This document shows positions 36,267-49,924 of a stretch of DNA of 64,000 nt, one piece after another; position 1 is the first letter of the stretch; each line of letters opens with the position of its first letter. Origin of the DNA: Octopus sinensis. Lineage: Eukaryota. The stretch is taken from positions 9,548,001 through 9,612,000 of the forward strand of contig NC_043020.1 in NCBI RefSeq assembly GCF_006345805.1, given 5' to 3'. The notes below the pieces were generated by a model. It did no database searches. It saw only the letters and a program-made list of their open reading frames with translations, and was not told where the DNA came from. A program made the translations under genes and the position numbers.

Positions 36267-38852
36267 CATATATACGATGGGCTTCTTTCAGTTTCCATCT
36301 ACCAAATCCACTCACAAGGCTTTGGTCGGCCCGAGGCTATAGTAGAAGACACTTGCCCAAGGTGCCATGCAGTGGGACTGAACCTGGAACCATGTGGTTG
36401 GTAAACAAGCTACTTACCACACAGCCACTCCTGTGCCTATAATGCTTATAATCATAAAAAGTAAACCCCTACAGAAAATCCTGTGGGAGGGGCCCTAAGG
36501 CAGATATTTATAGTTATAGTTGATCAATATCTGAGATCTCCTGTGGCTCTATAGCTGCTGTGAAAATATCAACTTGTCTTTCCTTTGTTGTGTATCCTTG
36601 AATGAAGAGGTGACAAGTGTATTGGGGACTAGGCATTTGCTTCTGGAAACAGCCCAAGCACAGCAGAAGTGATTAAGTTACTGTCTCTACAATATTATCG
36701 ATCAGTTATGAAAAGGCTAGCCATATTATGTTTTACATTCACCTGATTTATAGGTGTAACGGCACTGAATTGTTAAGAAGTTTGCTTTGTGGTTATGAGG
36801 TCTGGTTCAATTTCGTTTACTGAAATACAAAACTTAGAACAAGACAATTGGCCACAGCTGACAGGGCTCAGATGCTTTGGTTCAGCTGACAGGATGTTCA
36901 ACTTGTTTTGTTGAGAGTACTTTTAGGCACTAGAGACAAACATACACAGGGACACAGACAAACACACACACACACATACACTGGCAGAAAGATACTGAGA
37001 GAGAGATGAGCGAGAGAAAAGCATTACACATACATACATATTTCTTTACTACCCACAATGGGCTAAATATAGAGGGGACAAACAAAGACAAACAAAGGGA
37101 TTAAGTCAACTACATCGACCCCAGTGTGTAACTGGTACTTTATTTATCGACCCCGAAGGGATGAAAGGCAAAGTCGACCTCAGCGGAATTTGAGCTCAGA
37201 ACGTAACGACAGACGAAATACCTATTTCTTTACTACCCACAAGGGGCTAAACACAGAGGGGACAAACAAAGACAGACAAAGGGATTAAGTCAACTACATC
37301 GACCCCAGTGCATAACTGGTGGTCAAGCGATGTTAGCAGGACAAACACAGACAACAAACACACACACGCATATATATATATATATATATAGATATATATA
37401 TATATATATACACATATACGACGGGCTTCTTTCAGTTTCCGTCTACCAAATCCACTCACAAGGCTTTGGTCGGCCCGAGGCTATAGTAGAAGACACTTGC
37501 CCAAGGTGCCACGCAGTGGGACTGAACCCGGAACCATGTGGTTGGTAAACAAGCTACTTACCACACAGCCACTCCTGCGCCTATTGATATTGGTGTCAAT
37601 CTAATAAAGAGTGCACTCCTGATTTTGTGGTTTCATGTTTTGGTAAAAGTATTTTTAATTCTTTGGTAAGATGCTCGGTTCTCAACCCCATACTTCCGGG
37701 TTCAGTCCCGAGACATGGCACCACGGGCAAGTGCCTTCTACTGTAGCCTCATATGGACCAAAGCCTTTAGTGTCATACATGTGGCACCTGTGCTGCTAGT
37801 GGTACATAAAAGCATCCATTACACTTGGAGTGGTCGGCATTTGGAAGGGCATCCAGCTGTAGCAATAAACAATGCCAAATCAGACTGGAGTCTGGTGGAA
37901 GCCTTTCCAGCTTACCAGCCCTGGTCAAATCGTCCAACCCATGGAGATCGGACGTTATATGATGATGATGATGATGATGATGATGATATATGCCTATGGC
38001 AGTGGGTGTAATAACTGGCTCTTGTGATTTCATTGGAGTCATGTGATGAAACATATCAGTTCAACCCACTCACACACCATCACCACCACCAAAACGAAAT
38101 TTAGATATCATTAAGCTTGTATTTGGAACATAAATTATGACTAAGTTTTGGTGGAAGATTTTAATTCAAAACTTATGAAAACAAAACGTTTGTACTACAG
38201 AGCCAAGGGTGGTGTCAGCCGGGTTGGTATTGAAGAGATTACTAGATGAAAATGGAGTAAATTTTTCTTTGTTTTTAAAATTATTCCAAGCAAAGCTGGT
38301 ATATTTCAACAAACATGGCAATGAAAAGGTTAAGCCCTTTGCATCCTATGGACCCTAACCCTTGATGACTTTTCCCCACTGCTCTTGACTCTGGACTGTA
38401 AGATCCTTCTCACTCAGATCTTGTTAGTTTTGACTTGTCATCACTTCTATAGCTTTGCTTTTCTTTTTCTAAGTAGAGCTGTTCTAAGAGGGAAAGCCAC
38501 TAAGTGGTTTTCCATCGTGCTAGAAATGGGAGTTAAATCCCAAACCACAATAAAGCTATTCTTATTTTGGAACGTTGAATGTCGGCAGGCAGGACAATTT
38601 GTGAGAATTCAAAAATAATTAGTCATTCCCATACTTTGAAGTTTTGCCCTTAACAATTAAATACACTAATTAATTAATTAATTAATCAATCAATGCATTA
38701 AACTGTCTACATTCAACATGCCAAAATAAAAATAGCTCTTTTCATGGTTTGGGATTTCATTCCCATTTTTAGCACGATGGAAAACCACTTAGTGGCTTTC
38801 CCTCACAGTATAACTCTTATACACACACACACACACAACACACACACACGCA

Positions 38853-38928
<76 letters not shown>

Positions 38929-39258
38929 CTGCATGGAAGATGTTTGCAAGCCATTTAAGAACACTCAAAAAAACCATTATTTTCGCTTCATCATTTAAAT
39001 TTAATTTGTGTCAGAATATTTTCGTCACTTCAAAACCCGTGACCTGTTCACTGACAATTCTTTGTGTTGCATTGTGCTGGCGGAATCGTTAGCATACCAG
39101 GCAAAATGCTTAAGTGGTATTTTGCCTGTCTTTACGTTCTGAGTTCAAATATTGCCAGGGTTGATGAATTAAGTACCAGTGAAACACTGGGGTCAATGTA
39201 ATCGACAGGTCCCTTCTTTCAGACCACAAAATTTCTGTGCTTGTGCCTATAGTAGAAA

Positions 39259-39300
<42 letters not shown>

Positions 39301-39754
39301 GTATATGTGTATATGTATATATATATTTGTATATATATGTATATGTATATTTATATGTATATATGTATATGTATATATTTATGTATATGTGCATGTATGT
39401 ATATGTATATATATATATGTGTGTGTGTGTATATATATGTATATATATATATGTATGTGTGTGTATATATATGTATGTATATATATATATATATATGTAT
39501 ATGTATGTGTATGCATGTATGTATATATATATATATATATGTATATGTATGTGTATGCATGTATGTATATATATGTATGTATGTATGTGTATATATATGT
39601 GTGTATATGTATATTATATGCATATATATATGTATATATATGAATGCATATGTATGTATATATATGTCTATATATATATGTGTGTATATATATATGTATA
39701 TATATACACACACACACATATATTATATATACACACACACGTGCATATATATAT

Positions 39755-39802
<48 letters not shown>

Positions 39803-40642
39803 GTATGTGTGTATGTTTATTTGAAACATAAAGACCGATAGAATAAGTACTGGGCTTACAAAGAATAAGTCCCGGGGGTCGATTTGCTCGACTAAAGATG
39901 GTGCTCCAGCATGGCCGCAGTCAAATGACTGAAATAAGTAAAAGAGTAAAAGAGTACTGGTAGTTTAGGGATTCTAACTCATCTCTTATCATTTTTCTAT
40001 GTGTGTCATCACATGACACTTAGTAACCCATGTGACAATGAACTTTAAAAAAAAATATATATTGAACATTGTTAGGGTGCGACTGATTGTTAGGTTGGAG
40101 TGGGAGGGAAGGGAACAGCAGCTTGGCTTGACATGTGACTCTGTGGTGAACTTTAAAAAAACTGCTGAGAATAGAGCAGAGGTGGGAGGTGGTGTGGGGG
40201 GGGGGAGTATTGAACGTATTAGGCTTAAAAAATCCTTTACTACTTCTATCTTTCTTACTCTTTCTGTGTCTTGCAGCTGTCAACACAGTTCCAGTTTACC
40301 GTTCCACTGCTTAAGTAGGACAAACACATCTATGCGTGTAAACACAAACACATGTGCATACACAGACACACACACATGCACAAACACACATCAGTGCATT
40401 GCCTACAGAGAAAAACACGTAAATGTGGTGGATTGGCCGGTGCGGGGGGGGGGATCATTACAGTAGGAAACAAAAATGTGTTAGGGATATTTAGTTACAG
40501 ATTCTTTAAATAATGATTGCATTGCCCATGATGGGCAGCCCAGTTTTTCACCCTCGTCCCAGTTCTCTCTTTTTAGCTGTCTATTTGTCCTTATCAGTCT
40601 GTCTGTCTTTCTATCTATCTATCTATCTGCCTGCCTGTCTGC

Positions 40643-40680
<38 letters not shown>

Positions 40681-40701
40681 GTCTATCTGTCTATCTGTCT
40701 G

Positions 40702-40738
<37 letters not shown>

Positions 40739-40779
40739 ATGTATCTATCTGTCTGTCTATCTATCTATCTATCTATCTA

Positions 40780-40819
<40 letters not shown>

Positions 40820-40835
40820 TCTATCTATATGTATG

Positions 40836-40876
<41 letters not shown>

Positions 40877-41142
40877 GTCTATCCCTCTCTCTCTCTCCAT
40901 CTCTATCTCTGTCTCTCTCCCCCCCCACTTCAATAATCACCACTTCCTCTGAACATACCATCCCTCCACTTTAAATGGAACAAGTGTCTGTGCATGGGAA
41001 AACACTCTGAAACACAGTAGTAACATAAGTGCCAGTTCCGATCAGCCAAGTCTCTCAAACCACTGTGGATTTCCTATTACAAATACTTAGTTCACTTATT
41101 TTCCCTGAAGTGGGTTCCACAAAAAAAATTCTGGTATTAATA

Positions 41143-41745
41143 ATAATAATAATAATAATAAAACATTGTGTACAGTGCTCAGGTGCACTACAACTCATCT
41201 AAAGTGTATATATAATCAGGTGTAGTTTCGGCGGATTTCGGAAAGCATGAGGGCCTTAAAGGATGCAGTGTCATGGCAGTCAACAACTGACGCAGGCAGT
41301 TTATTCCATGCTTCAGCAACTCTGAGCGTGAAAAAATGTTTCCGAAAGTCATGGGAGCTGTGTTGTTTTCTGACTTTGTAGGCATGTCCACGTGTGTTAG
41401 ACACATGGAGATCAAAAAGGTGTTCAGTGTTGTTGTTGGTGAGGTGGTTGATAACTTTGTGGGTGTTTACCAAGTCCGTCGCCAGACGCCGGAGCTTCAG
41501 TGAATCCATGCCCAGGGAAACAAGGCGTTCAGAATATGGTAGGTGTCTGATGGAGGGTATGCGTTTGGTTGCACGTCTCTGGACAGATTCCAGGAGGTCA
41601 ATGTTCTGAGCAAGATAGGGGTTCCAAACTGATGATGCGAATTCCAAGTGTGGTTGTACCATACCTGTATACAGTTTTAAATAGATGGCTGGAGAGCGGC
41701 TAACAAAAGTCTTGCTGAGTGATGCCAAGACACCCTTATACATGA
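41143..41745 (-). mobile_element. CR1-clade LINE 3' fragment
   Basis: LYTGMVQPHLEFASSVWNPY...LESVQRRATK...LRRL..DL...NTRGH..K..K...FRKHFFTLRVAEAWNKLP; (att)n tail. Confidence 0.9.
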
Positions 41746-41787
41746 TAAGATGATTTTTAATGAAATTAATTAAAATCTAAAAAATTA

Positions 41788-42003
41788 ACGAGGGGGTGCT
41801 GAAAAGTTCCTGGTTTTGGGTAAAAGAAAATACAGGAGGATCAGTTAATTAGGATTTTATTCAACATATTTCCCTTTCAGATCCACACACTTATTGCAAA
41901 TGTCCTTCAATTTTTCTAAGCCCTGTGAAAAAACTCAGAATGTTGGGCATCCATCTGGGCCCGAACCCTAACTTTTAAAACCAGGAACATTTCAGCATGC
42001 CCT

Positions 42004-42006
<3 letters not shown>
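41788..42006. mobile_element. mariner-like MITE
   Basis: Imperfect ~28-bp TIRs acgagggggtgctgaaaagttcctggttt / aaaccaggaacatttcagcatgcccttgt followed by TA. Confidence 0.7.
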
Positions 42007-42044
<38 letters not shown>

Positions 42045-42344
42045 TGTTGTGTCTAGGGAGAGTCATTTTCTTTATGTGCCTTAACACACTCACGGTCAAA
42101 TTTCCACTTATTTCTTATTTTTTATTTTCCTAAAATTTTTCCCAAATTAAAAAATGAATATATATATATATATATATATATATTCTTTTATTCTTTTATT
42201 CTTTTACTTGTTTCAGTCATTTGACTGCAGCCATGCTGGAGCACCGCCTTTAGTCGAATAACTCGACCCTAGGACTTACTCTTTGTAAGCCTAGTACTTA
42301 TTCTATTGGTCTCTTTTGCCGAACTGTTAAATTATGGGATGTAG

Positions 42345-42661
42345 ACAAATCTCGTAACAAGGACGAGTCTTGGTTTCATCCCTTTAAATCAGAGACTAAG
42401 AGACAATGCGGTAGAAACACCCCTCTTCTTTAGGTTCAAAGAATCTAAGGTCACTTCATCTGCTGGTAAGGTGATGGACTCAGATTTTTGGGATGCAAAA
42501 GGTATTGTTTATTGACTTTCTTCAAAAAGGCTACACCGTCAATGGAGAGTGCTATGCCAACTTGCTGAGGTAGTTAGAAAAGGCATTCAAGACCCTATGC
42601 CCAGGAAAACTGACAGAAGGAATCTTGTCTCATGAGGACAGTGTTCCAGCACACAAGTACT
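42345..42661 (+). mobile_element. Decayed mariner transposase fragment (DD34D region)
   Basis: Frameshifted DESWFH...SAGKVM..FWDAKG...DFLQKG.TVNGE.YANLL...HED..PAHK. Confidence 0.8.
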
Positions 42662-43406
42662 ACTATGGCAATCCCTCAAGGTCGAGGATGATGGTCTTCG
42701 CGCAAATTTATTGGTGAGTCCGCAGGTGACTGATAAGACCAATTCTTGCTCGAAAAGATCGGTCACAGTGTGGACATCTAGTGCCGGAAGGGAGAGTCGC
42801 ATGTGGTTGTTGTTGGCGCTCCTTCCGTCGTCGTCTTTTCTCCTCCAGCTCTGCAGACCTTTTCGACTCGAATTTCGCCGTTCCCTCATGGATGGTGGTT
42901 TTCCAGAGTGGTCTGTTTTTGCCGTTTCCTCCCAGTTGGTGAAGTCAATGTCACACTTTTTGAGGTTCGATTTCAGGGAGTCCTTGTTGCGTTTCTTCTG
43001 GCCTCCTTTTGTACGCTTGCCGTCTTTGAGTTGGGAGTAGAAGATCTGTTTGGGAAGTCGTTCGTCAGTCATTCTAACCACGTGGCCGCTCCATCTTAGT
43101 TGGCCTTTGATGACATAGGCTTCGATACTGGTCATTTTTGCTTCTTGTAGCACACTGACCAACACTGTCTGAAGTGTGCAGGAACAGCTTTCGGCAAGCT
43201 TCGAACAAGAGTTTTTGCTGATCGGGACATCTGAACCGAAACCAAACTCATGGTGTACAGGGCAGTCATTATTCCAACCCTCCTTTACGCATCCGAAACC
43301 TGGACCCCGTATAGTCACCACCTGAAAACGCTTGAGAAATTTCACCAACGCTGTCTTCGGAAGATCCTCAATATCAGCTGGGAAGACAGAAGAACTAACG
43401 TCAGCG
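42662..43406 (-). mobile_element. 5'-truncated, 5'-inverted RTE LINE with 14-bp TSD
   Basis: TSD agcacacaagtact at 42648-42661 and 43407-43420. The minus segment encodes VLQEAKMTSIEA..QLRWSGHVVRM; the plus segment (~43158-43406) encodes the immediately upstream AFGKLR...LLYASETW...SWEDRRTNVS. Confidence 0.88.
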
Positions 43407-45384
43407 AGCACACAAGTACTCTATAGAACAATTTCTGTTTTACCTAGTGTCTCATCAAAATTAAGGTAGTGGAAATAGTCTGTGAGAGATATGCTTCAAT
43501 CCCACAAAATCATGTAACAGTTTTTTTTTGATAAAATGTTTGGTAATCACTGTTGGCAAAACTTATCACCTTAATCCAAATCAGCTGTTTTTGTCATTTC
43601 TGTAAATACCTAAGTGACTAATATTAATTGGATTGTCACTAATTTTTAGCTAAATATTAAATAATTTGTATCAAATAACTGATGTACTACAGAGCGTTGT
43701 ATTTTTGTTTTATCTTTTTCTTTATGACACACATGTCTTATATTTTTTTTTATTACTTTTAGTCACAAGAGTCCATGAGTCATTTTGTAACTTCTGTTGA
43801 TAATAAAAAAATAAATAAAAATGTGATGGCACGGATACGAACAACATACGAACTGAACCCATATACACACCAAACCCATATACACACCAAACACACACAG
43901 TAATTTCACAGATGGCTGCAACAGTGATGGAAGCACTCCGTCGGTTACGACGATGAGGGGTTCTGGTTGATCCGAATCAACGGAACAGCCTGCTCGTGAA
44001 ATTAACGTGTAAGTGGCTGAGCACTCCACAGACACGTGTACCGTTAACGTAGTTCTCGGGGATATTCAGCGTGACACAGAGAGTGACTAGGTCGGCCCTT
44101 TGAAATACAGGTACAACAGAAACAGGAAGTAAGAGTGAGAGAAAGTTGTGGTGAAAGAGTACAGCAGGGATCACCACCATCCCTGCCGGAGCCTCGTGGA
44201 GCTCTTTTAGGTGTTTTCGCTCAATAAACACTCACAACGCCCGGTCTGGGAATCGAAACCGCGATCCTATGACTGTGAGTCCGCTGCCCTAACCACTGGG
44301 CCATTGCAACAGTATCAACAACATGACTAACAATGACAGCAGCAGAAGTGCTGACAGTGATGGCAATAACAACAACAACAACAACAACAGCAACAACCAT
44401 TATAGCAGCAACGTGGGCGAACACACAAACACAGAGGGATACAGGAACTGTACCAAGTTTCAGGTCCTAAGACAGCAGCATTATCTTGTCTCTAAATTTC
44501 TCCTCTTGTGCCTGTGATCAGTAGTAGTAGTAGTAGTAGTAGTAGTTGTTGTTGTTGTTTTAGTCAACACAGTGAGTTGGTGGAAATAATACTCATTTTT
44601 TTTTATTGCCCACAGGGGGCTAAACATAGATGGGACAAACAAGAACAGACAAAGGGATCAAGTCAATTACATTGACCCCAGTGCATAACTGGTACTTATT
44701 TAACCCTTTCGTTACCAACCCGGCTGAAACCAGCTCTGGATGTGCATACAAATGTCTTGTTTACAATAAGTTTTGAATTGAAATCTTCCACCAAACCTTT
44801 AGTCACAATTTATGTTCCTAACACTAGCTGAATGGTAACTAAGTTATTTTACTAAATTCTTTGTTATATTTAAAATTGATTGAAAGAAACACAGAGCATC
44901 TCAAAATAAATATGGTAACGAAAGGGTTAATCAACCCCGAAGGGATGAAAAGTAAAGTCGACTTCGGCGGATTTTGAACTCAGAATATAATGGCAGACGA
45001 AATACTGCTAAGCATTTCGCCCTAACGTTTCTGCTCGCTCGCCACGCTAATAATATTGGTGGAAATAATATTGTTAGACAAAGGCTTTTATATGAGCATT
45101 GAGTTCAATATGTGGTGCTTATATAGTGCTTAGGTGACATGCAGCGGTACTGCAGATGACCTGACTTCCTGTGTAAGTTCCATTTACAATGTTCAGAACA
45201 GAATGTGTTTGTAGAATACCGTCTTAACAATTCTTGTCCATCCGATGCCAGCATGGAACAAAACAACGACCCAAAAAAAGGGCCAACATAAAAGCAACAA
45301 TGATGATGATGGTGATGATAATGATGATGATGGTAGTGTTGGGGATGATTGATGGTGGTGGTGGTGGTGGAGGCAACATCATCA

Positions 45385-45705
45385 TCATCTATCCGCTCAG
45401 TCGAAGTCGACTCTCGGTCACTCGTTGGATCAGTGTCCTCTAGTCAGTTCTATCCTGGGCCACTTCTTTCAGACTGGCTATGTCCATTCTGGTATCACTC
45501 TTGATGGTGTCAAGCCAGCGGGTTCTTGGTCGGCCTCTTCTTCTCTTGCCACTGACCATTCCAAGCATGATGTCCTTCTCCAGGGATTTTCTCCGCATAA
45601 TATGGCCGAAATATGTCCAATCTATGCTTGGTGATCCTAGCTTCTAGCGACATTTTAGGCCTGATCTGCTTAAGAACTTCTCCATTGGTGGAGGCAACAC
45701 TCTTA
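45385..45705 (-). mobile_element. RTE/BovB-like LINE 3' fragment
   Basis: Same family as 53980-54530; encodes LKQIRPKMSLEARITKHRL. Confidence 0.8.
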
Positions 45706-45802
45706 TACATATTAAAAAAACATTTTTTTTTTACTTGTTTCAGTCATTTGACTGTGGCCATGCTGGAGCACCACTTTATATTTCCTTCTCTCTCTCTTTC
45801 AG

Positions 45803-45926
45803 TTATTCATTTTTCCATGCAACTCGTAAAACTCTCAGCAATGTCAAATCTTCCATCTCAGATGAATGGACAATTGAAGGGTTCTTCAAAAGCAACAGAA
45901 CCCATCTCAGGATCTTGCCTAATGAA
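45803..45926 (+). CDS. SLC37A3: SLC37A3-like exon
   Basis: ttcag|t-YSFFHATRKTLSNVKSSISDEWTIEGFFKSNRTHLRILPNE|gtaagg; matches the YSLLHASRKTFSNVK motif and the phase of the previous exon. Confidence 0.9.
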
Positions 45927-46147
45927 GTAAGGATTTGTTTTCTTTTTCCTTTTTTTTTTGTTTTTTTTTACATAAAGGCGCAGGAGTGGCTGTGTGGTAA
46001 GTAGCTTGCTAACCAACCACATGGTTCCGGGTTCAGTCCCACTGCGTGGCAACTTGGGCAAGTGTCTTCTACTATAGCCTTGGGCCGACCAAAGCCTTGT
46101 GAGTGGATTTGGTAGATGGAAACTGAAAGAAGCCCGTCGTATATGTG

Positions 46148-46180
<33 letters not shown>

Positions 46181-46519
46181 GTTTGTGTGTCTGTGTTTGT
46201 CCCCCTAGCATTGCTTGACAACCGATGCTGGTGTGTTTATGTCCCCGTTACTTAGCAGTTTGGCAAAAGAGACCGATAGAATAAGTACTGGGCTTACAAA
46301 AGAATAAGTCCCGGGGTCAAGTTGCTTGATTAACAGCGGTGCTCCAGCATGGCCACAGTCAAATGACTGAAACAAGTGAAAGAGTAAAAGAGAGTAAAAG
46401 AGTAATAACTGTCCCAGCTGTGTGGTAAGAAATTTGGTCCCCAGCCACATCATGGTTAAATGATGATGATGATGATGATGATGTGTGTGTCTGTCTGTTT
46501 GTCCCACCATCACCTAGAC

Positions 46520-47290
46520 CAGTGCTCCACAACCTTTTTTCATTTACGGTACACTTATATTCTTTTCAAAATTCAGCAACACACCTGATCTAAAAATATA
46601 ACGATTGGCTTATCTGGAAAGTTCATGCCAATTTATAGCTGCATACCTTTCGACTTATTTTAGAACATAGTTGAGTGCATAAAATAGGATTTGACTACAC
46701 CTCCATTTAGAGCACAGTTTAAGCTATCTTTTCGTGGAAGAAGGTTTATGTTCCTATAACCCGTGTTAATTCTGTAACCCTTTAAAATGGAAGATATGAA
46801 AGTTCATTTTCGGCACTTGATGCTTTGGGAACCAGACAAAAATTGCTGCAGCTCAGCTGGGATGTGTTACCCCACCATCCATATTCATCAGTTATTGCTC
46901 CTTCGGATTTCCACTTATTCAAGTCTCTGCAGAATAGTCTTAATGGTAAAAATTTCAATTCCTTGGATGACGTAAAAAGATACCTTGATGAATTCTTTGC
47001 CATAAAACCACCTCAGTTCTGGGAAGAGGGTATTTTCAAGTTAAAGGAAAGATGGAGACGCATTGTGCAACAAAATGGTTCATATTTGGTTGATTAAAAA
47101 TGTAATGGCAAGTATTTATTGACCTTTTTCTTTCCTTTAAAAATCGGCACGAACTTTCTGGACAACCCAATAAAAGTGTGGGGGAAAAAATTATATTCAG
47201 GTTATACTGTGGCACACCTAGCATCATCTCGTTGCACACAAGGGATCCGTGGCACACAAGGGAGCCGTGGCATGCCGTTGTGGAGCACTG
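46520..47290. mobile_element. hAT-type non-autonomous element containing a mariner remnant
   Basis: 14-bp TIRs cagtgctccacaac/gttgtggagcactg; 8-bp TSD acctagac/acctagag. Confidence 0.8.
46787..47171 (+). mobile_element. Internally deleted mariner
   Basis: N-terminus MEDMKVHFRHLMLWE joined to the C-terminal WDVLPHHPYSSVIAPSDFHLFKSLQNSL...ERWRRIVQQNGSY; right TIR ...ggacaacccaata. Confidence 0.85.
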
Positions 47291-48283
47291 ACCTAGAGAA
47301 CAAGTGTTAGTTTGTTTAATTCCTCATGACTTAGCACTTCGGCAAAAGAGAACAATAGAATGTGTACCATATTTAAAAAAAAAAAGTACTGGGGTAAACT
47401 TGATTAACTAAATCCTTCGAGGTGGTGCCCCAGCATGGCCGTACTTCAGTGTCTGAAACAAGTGATGAAAGATAAAATTAAGATATAGATGTAGGAGAGG
47501 TTGTGTGGTAAGTAGCTTGCTTACCAACCACATGGTTCCGGGTTCAGTCCCTCTGCGTGGAATCTTGGGCAAGTGTCTTCTACTATAGCCTCGGGCCGAC
47601 CAAAGCCTTGTGAGTGGATTTGGTAGACGGAAACTGAAAGAAGCCCATCGTATATATATATATATATATATATATATCATCATCATCATCATCATCATCG
47701 TTTAACGTCCGCTTTCCATGCTAGCATGGGTTGGACGGTTCGACCGGGGATCTGGGAAGCCAGAAGGCTGCACCAGGCTCCAGTCTTATCTGGCAATGTT
47801 TCTACAGCTGGATGCCCTTCCTAACGCCAACCACTCCGTGAGTGTAGTGGGTGCTTTTTACGTGCCACCTGCACAGGTGCCAGGCGAGGCTGGCAACGGC
47901 CACGGTCGGATTGGTGTATTTTACATGCCACCGGCACGGAGGCCAGTCGAGGCGGCGCTGGCATCGGCCACGAGTCGGATAGTGCTATATATATATATAT
48001 GCGTGTGTGTGTGTGTGTATATGTTTGTGTGTCTCTGTTTGTTCCCCCAACATTGCTTGACAACCGATGCTGGCGTGTCTATCTATGTCCCCGTAACTTA
48101 GCGGTTCGGCAAAAGAGACCGACAGAATAAGTAGTGGGCTTACAAAAGAATAAGTCCTGGGGGTCGATTTGCTCGACTAAAAGGCGGTGCTCCAGCATGG
48201 CCACAGTCAAATGACTGAAACAAGTAAAAGAGTAAAGAGAGAGTATATACCTAACCATCAAACATTTCTCTTTTCCGTCACAG

Positions 48284-48373
48284 ACATGGAACAGTCGTTC
48301 TGTATTCGAACAGAAGGAAGCAGATATTTTCCTCGGTTACATGGACACCAGTTTTATGCTGTTTTATGCTTTC
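48284..48373 (+). CDS. SLC37A3: SLC37A3-like exon
   Basis: cacag|TWNSRSVFEQKEADIFLGYMDTSFMLFYAF|gtaagt; 90 bp, phase 0-0. Confidence 0.9.
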
Positions 48374-48546
48374 GTAAGTAAATTCTTTTTCCTTTAATAT
48401 GTTGCTCTTTTTGTTGCTAGTGGGGAAGGGTAGTGTTAGCACTTTGTTTTTTTTCTTTTTATTCGTCTTTATCTGTTGTCATTTAACTCCAGGCAAATAA
48501 ACAATGTGAGTGGATTTGGTAGACGGAAACTGAAAGAAGCCCGTCG

Positions 48547-48581
<35 letters not shown>

Positions 48582-48807
48582 TTGTCCCCCTAGCATTGCT
48601 TGACAACCGATGCTGGTGTGTTTACGTCCCCGTTTCTTAGCAGTTCGGCAAAAGAGACCGATAGAATAAGTACTGGGCTTACAAAAGAATAAGTCCCGGG
48701 GTCGAGTTGCTCGATGAAAGGCGGTGCTCCAGCATGGCCGCAGTCATGTCTTTGTCTCCTCTTCCACCACCTGATAACCGGTGCTGGTTGATGGACAGTG
48801 TGTCCAT

Positions 48808-48853
<46 letters not shown>

Positions 48854-49892
48854 GGTGTAGGTATGTGTGTGTGGGTTTACGTCTTAGAGTTTGTCTCTGT
48901 CTCCTCTTCCACCACCTGATAACCGGTGCTGGTTTGTTTACAGCCTTGTAACTTTCCACTTCAGCAAATGAGATCAGTAGAATAAGTATCAGGCTTCAAT
49001 GATAAGTGCTGGAGTTGAAACAAGTAAAAGATGGAAAAGGAAAGATCCTTTGAAATTCTCAATTACTTTCGAAGTTAATTAAAAAATAGGTGCAGGAGTG
49101 GCTGTGTGGTAAGTAGCTTGCTAACCAACCACATGATTCCGGGTTCAGTCCCACTGCGTGGCACCTTGGGCAAGTGTCTTCTGCTATAGCCCTGGGCCGA
49201 CCAATGCCTTGTGAGTGGATTTGGTAGGCGGAAACTGAAAGAAGCCTGTCGTATATATGTATATATATATATATGTGTGTGTGTGTATATGTTTGTATGT
49301 CTGTGTTTGTTCCCCTAGCATTGCTTGACAACCGATGCTGGTGTGTTTACGTCCCCATAACTTAGCTGTTCAGCAAAAGAGACTGATAGAATAAGTACTT
49401 GGCTTACAAAGAATAAGTCCTGGGGTCGACTTGTTTGACTAAAGGCAGTGCTCCAGCATGACTGCAGTCAAATGACTTAAACAAGTAAAAGAGTAAAAAG
49501 AGTAAAGAGAGTGTATTTCATCAGAAACAATTCCACAAAAGGGCTTGAAATAGACCCCCTTCCACACTAAGTATTTCGTAGATTTTCATAGATTTCCCCA
49601 TCCCCATTAGTGCCACCAAAAGTAACACATTTTCATCTTCTATTCGTATTACTTTCATCTCTTTATTATCACTTTTATCTCACTTTCTTTTCACTTTCAT
49701 CTAATCATTATTTGTCGTCTCATTGTCATTTCATTTCTGTTTCATTTTCATCTCATTTCATGAACACACTTTCATCTCATTTTCATTTTTGTTTTATTTC
49801 ATTTTCATCTTTTTGTTATCTAATTTTCCTTCTCATTTTCATCATGCTTTTATCTCAATTTTTTTTTTTTATTTCTCTTCTTATATTTTCAG

Positions 49893-49924
49893 GGTTTGTT
49901 TCTGTCTGGTTACCTTGGAGACAA
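49893..49924 (+). CDS. SLC37A3: SLC37A3-like 32-bp exon
   Basis: ttttcag|GLFLSGYLGD-aa|gtatgt; start of the MFS motif A. Confidence 0.85.
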
